DNA of 32,712 nucleotides from an uncultured Candidatus Peribacteria bacterium. GTDB lineage: Bacteria; Patescibacteriota; Gracilibacteria; BD1-5; UBA6164. Below, piece after piece: positions 30,169 to 32,712 of this stretch (its first letter is position 1; every line of letters begins with the position of its first letter). The notes beneath the pieces were generated by a model. It was not told the DNA's origin and did no database searches. It saw only the letters and a program-made list of their open reading frames with translations. The translations under genes and the position numbers were made by a program. The stretch covers positions 9,725 to 42,436 of the forward strand of contig CAYTMN010000001.1 in assembly GCA_964438925.1 (NCBI GenBank), given 5' to 3'.

Positions 30169-30349
30169 ATTGTTTTTTTACTTGAGCTAAAGTGAGTCCT
30201 TTTACTTTTTTGGCACTTTTTTCGAGTATCTTGAGGTCCACAACGTCTTCAAAGTCCTTTACTTCTACGTCAGGTTGGTCTTTGAGGTTTGTGAGAAATT
30301 TATCTCTTGCTATCTGGTTTTTAAAGTTGAGAATGATTTGTAGAGACAT
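30158..30349 (-). CDS. Putative cognate antitoxin, 63 aa
   Basis: It sits immediately upstream of the toxin and overlaps it, which is the typical type II TA layout. I do not recognise the sequence family. Confidence 0.5.
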   Translation of the reverse strand: MSLQIILNFKNQIARDKFLTNLKDQPDVEVKDFEDVVDLKILEKSAKKVKGLTLAQVKKQYGF

Positions 30350-30544
30350 AGTTGTATGATAAGCAAAATAGGACTCAATAGTACGAGTTTTTGCGAAAAT
30401 AGCAAATAAAAGCGAAAAACCCTGACCTGCTCTCGCTTTATAAAAACTGAAAATAAGAAAAGTTATAAAAATAGTAAAAGTACTATAAGTTATACAAAGT
30501 ATAAATAGTTGGAAAAGTAATACTTTTAATACTGAAAAGAAATG

Positions 30545-31126
30545 TTACTGAATGTCTCTGATAGCTTTATTTCAAGCGATAGTTGTTTGTATTTTTTCCT
30601 GTATTTTGTGTATTTTTTCTTTGCTAGCTTCGTCAAGTTCGATGTGTATATCTTCAAACATTTTTTTGAGAGCTGTTTTTTCGGTATCACTCAGATAGTC
30701 GTGAGAAAATATCTCTACAAAACTTTCGTTTTGCATCATTTGTTGTTGTACGTATCTTACGATATCCTCTACTATTTCTTTAAAAATTATAGCTATATCT
30801 ACCTCTATTTCATCGCTTTTTTCACTTACTAGGTAGTTGAGACTTTCACGATCATCTATGTCTATGATACTTTCAAGATACTGAAATATGAGCCTATACA
30901 CTACAGGCAAATGTTTTTGTGTTCTGTAGTTTTGTATAAGAGTTGCTATTTCTTGTGTCTCATCAACTATATCTTTTCCTACGAGAAATAGAGAGAGTTC
31001 TTTTTTGTCTTCAGAACTGATATTTTGGCTACTTATAGTATCTCTGAGACTGAGTATAGATGTTTGAATGTTTTCTCTGCGTAAGACATAGTCAAACAAG
31101 AAATTTTCCACAATAGAGTCAGACAT
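30545..31126 (-). CDS. Hypothetical acidic helical protein, 193 aa
   Basis: The standard-code ORF 30572..31126 extends through TGA 30572-30574 to TAA 30545-30547. Confidence 0.6.
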
Positions 31127-31187
31127 AAGAAAAAGTTAGGGAGTATAAGTAAGAGTATAACACCGTTTAAGAAAAATCAAAGAGTAA

Positions 31188-31538
31188 CTACACTCCTCAC
31201 TGAACAGACAAGATGAGCAGTATATCGACCATCTTTTTGTGAAAGTCTTCGAGAAGCGTAAGTACCTCTTGTTTACTGCGAGAGTTTTGAACCTGTTGTA
31301 TCAACCCTTGGAGGACTTCTTTGGTCTCTCATGGTCAAGAAAAGTCAAAAACTACCGACGCAGAGGAAAGTCTTTCCTCAAACTTTCACAGATAGGTTTC
31401 CATACTTTTTGCTATCTTTTTTGCGAGGGAAGCATGTAGAGTATTTCCTTCAACAGATGTTATCATCTGTCTGAGTGTTTCAAACCCTTCAGCGATCTTA
31501 ACATCTGAAGTATCAAAAGGTGTAGGAGTATCGGTCAT
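31188..31538 (-). CDS. Hypothetical protein, 116 aa
   Basis: ATG 31536-31538 to TAG 31188-31190, open only when four TGAs are read as Gly. The start lies 12 nt after the stop of the upstream gene, which suggests one operon. Confidence 0.45.
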
Positions 31539-31550
31539 AGAGTATAGGGG

Positions 31551-32117
31551 TTAGAGTATCTTTCCGTCTTCAAGCTGAAATATAACAGTACTGCTCTCAA
31601 TAACAGGGAGACGCAATATGTGTAAGGCGCTTCTTTTTTCTCCTTTCAGTTCCACAAAGAGGTGGTAGATATTTCCTTCTCCCTCTGTGTTTACAAATCT
31701 TTCTAACTGAGGGGATGAGCGTTGTTCCAGAAACTTTTTTTTGAGTGTATCTAGTGGTTCAAAAGTAAAAGGTACTTCAGCCATACTTCCTGCGTGTAGT
31801 AGTGGTGCAGAGAGTGTTTCTTTACAGAGAACAAGTCATCTGTCGTGCGGAGCAGCGGTCATACTTTTTTTCCCAAAACTCACAACGACATCACCTACGT
31901 TTGTGTCTTTTTTTACCATTATTTGTACCTTTCCAGTTATAGGATCGTGTATATCAAAAGGCTTTTTTGTAGGAACGACAGAGACTTGGTAGTTTCTTTT
32001 TGAGGTAACACCTACATACAAAACCCACATCGCTAAAAAGTAGAAACAACCGATGATTCAAAAAGTGATGAGAAATATACCTTTTTCAAAAAGTTCAGCA
32101 AAATCAGAAAGACTCAT
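31551..32117 (-). CDS. Hypothetical membrane-anchored protein, 188 aa
   Basis: Start ATG 32115-32117. The N-terminal hydrophobic helix is GIFLITF[G]IIGCFYFLAMWVLYV. Pieces 31836..32030 and 31551..31784 share one frame and are joined by TGA. Stop TAA 31551-31553. Confidence 0.55.
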
Positions 32118-32145
32118 AAAAAAATTTTAAAATATAAGATAAAAC

Positions 32146-32712
32146 CTACAGTTTTTCTCCAGAGAAAAACCTCTGAACCACATACTCTACAAATGGTCAT
32201 GGTTGGCGTATGATAGTGTTATGATCAGCGTCTGGTACTACTGCAAACCCGTCAAGATACTTTTCAGGTGCACCTCAAAACTTTGCCTTGAGTTGTTCTA
32301 GAGGAAATGCTGCATCATTTTCTGCATGTGTAAGCGACACTTTTACTCAAAGACTTCTCACTTTTTGTATGTAGGGAAGAAGTTGTACTTTTGGCATGAG
32401 TTTCAGTGAGCTCCAGAGCATATTTGCGACATTTCCAGTCCATCCATCCCAGTCTTTTGCAACCCTGTTTTTTGTTGCGTCATAGGACGTAGGTGTTCCA
32501 CGAAGGATGTCTTTTACTTTTCCTGAAACTTGTTCTTTGATAGTTTTCACCACCAGTCAAAGTACTGTTTTTTCTTCTGCGAGACCAACGGTACTGTTGA
32601 GAACAATGTTTTTAAATCTGTGAGGCAAAAGTTGTGCTGCTATAAGTGCATGGATCGCTCACTCTGAGTGAGCAAAAACATCGGTTTCTTGTATACCTTG
32701 ATGGTCTAGCGT
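32146..32712 (-). CDS. Alpha/beta-fold hydrolase (5' end lies outside the window)
   Basis: The frame is open from the window edge to TAG 32146-32148. The nucleophile elbow FAHSE[G]AI has TGA 32659-32661 on its final Gly. The C-terminal segment ...VVPDADHNTIIRQP is consistent with the catalytic His region. Confidence 0.7.

Noticed and set aside
1-32712. Alternative explanations for the in-frame TGAs: pseudogenes or sequencing frameshifts, UGA = Trp (code 4), selenocysteine, or programmed read-through.
   Set aside because: The pieces always stay in the same frame and are never interrupted by TAA or TAG, so decay or frameshifts are unlikely. The TGAs fall on invariant Gly positions (GxGxxG, Walker A, GxSxG, WDFGDG), not Trp positions. 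TGG is used separately for conserved Trp, for example in EWLYRL and WDFG. The density of TGA, including tandem TGA-TGA, is incompatible with Sec insertion or read-through.
1-32712. A search for CRISPR arrays, IS elements or transposases, integrases, rRNA genes and canonical tRNA genes.
   Set aside because: I found no regularly spaced direct repeats, no DDE or tyrosine-recombinase-like ORFs, no terminal inverted repeats flanking genes, and no rRNA-like or cloverleaf-compatible sequences. This scan was visual only and should be repeated with tRNAscan-SE, Infernal and CRISPR finders.

Overview
This is an AT-rich, very gene-dense bacterial chromosome segment. It reads coherently only with genetic code 25 (UGA = Gly), which points to a Gracilibacteria/Absconditabacteria (SR1)-type Patescibacteria (CPR) genome. 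The supplied standard-code ORF track is fragmented. SecA, MetK, GpsA, RuvA, PheA, a WecG/TagA glycosyltransferase, a THUMP methyltransferase and others each appear as several same-frame pieces separated only by TGA. Those TGAs fall on invariant glycines: the SecA Walker A, the GxGxxG of GpsA and of a HI0933-type flavoprotein, the GxSxG of a hydrolase, and the WDFGDG of a PKD domain. Re-reading by hand with TGA = Gly gives about 30 CDS. Every complete CDS ends in TAA or TAG. Intergenic regions are short, with sigma70-like promoters and clean hairpin terminators, and I saw no Shine-Dalgarno motif upstream of the start codons checked. Notable content: (i) a leader peptide with seven consecutive Phe codons plus an alternative-hairpin attenuator upstream of a pheA-gpsA-NUDIX operon; (ii) a SAM-I riboswitch with terminator upstream of metK; (iii) a type IV pilin gene, whose consensus promoter is bracketed by a palindrome, divergent from a 1306-aa secreted, C-terminally anchored nuclease (seven Cys-containing PKD-like repeats, a lamin-tail domain and an SNase domain); (iv) a 985-aa polytopic VIT-vWA protein; (v) a non-coding stretch of about 440 nt with nested long-range helices and an RNase P RNA-like core topology; (vi) a 984-aa orphan helical protein; (vii) an accessory-looking block (27.2-32.1 kb) of small unknown genes that includes a HIT/GalT-like protein and a RelE/ParE toxin-antitoxin pair. 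I recognised no rRNA, canonical tRNA, CRISPR array, transposase or integrase. All translations were done by eye, so start codons and domain borders are approximate.
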